Shown in pieces: positions 47,726 through 48,000 of a DNA stretch of 48,000 nt. This DNA comes from Octopus bimaculoides. Taxonomy: Eukaryota. Position numbers and translations under genes: made by a program. Under the pieces are notes generated by a model. The model ran no database searches and was not told where the DNA came from. It was given only the letters and a program-made list of their open reading frames with translations. Where the stretch lies: positions 32,644,308 through 32,692,307 of the forward strand of contig NC_068982.1 of the NCBI RefSeq assembly GCF_001194135.2, written 5' to 3'. Within the stretch, counting starts at the first letter, position 1. Each line of letters starts with the position of its first letter.

Positions 47726-48000
47726 TAAATATTTCTTCAGATCTGCTACTACCTACCTTCACAAAAGTTTTAAAAAAAAAAAAGAGACAGGGAAAAATAA
47801 AGAAAAAAAGGAAATGTCCCACCTATTTCAAAAATCTATGGAAATATTTTTTAAAAAAACCCCAAAACATTTCATTTAAATTTTTCCACAATTTAATTCT
47901 TTTTCATGTTTTATTCTAAGTTGAAAAAAGTCGCAAAGACTGAAACCGGTGCTAAAATGTTCTTCATGATAAAATTATTTTTGCATTTTCTACCTTGTCC

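Overview
AT-rich, repeat-dense eukaryotic genomic DNA from a gapped draft assembly with 9 N-runs, many bounded by (TA)n or (TG)n tracts. The SINE families and microsatellite load point to an octopus/coleoid cephalopod genome (inferred from recognising the repeats). There is one well-supported coding exon, an ADAMTS-family metalloprotease prodomain exon on the minus strand (21293-21645). A phase-compatible candidate upstream exon (<=47494-47032, minus) encodes a microsatellite-built signal-peptide-like stretch but has no in-frame ATG. The rest is probably intron, filled with: about 45 copies of at least four tRNA-derived SINE families (my labels A, B, C, E), several nested with visible target-site duplications (TSDs); an ORF2-less Tx1/L1-like LINE derivative whose 3' tail is shared with one SINE-A subfamily; hAT, piggyBac, Tc1/mariner and Helitron-like remnants; six fold-back or palindromic elements; and a 1.5-kb inverted-repeat-flanked cassette holding a 39-bp tandem array. 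Most ORFs in the supplied track are microsatellite or gap artefacts. All alignments were done by eye, no database searches were run, and boundaries of degraded repeats are approximate (about +/-20 bp).
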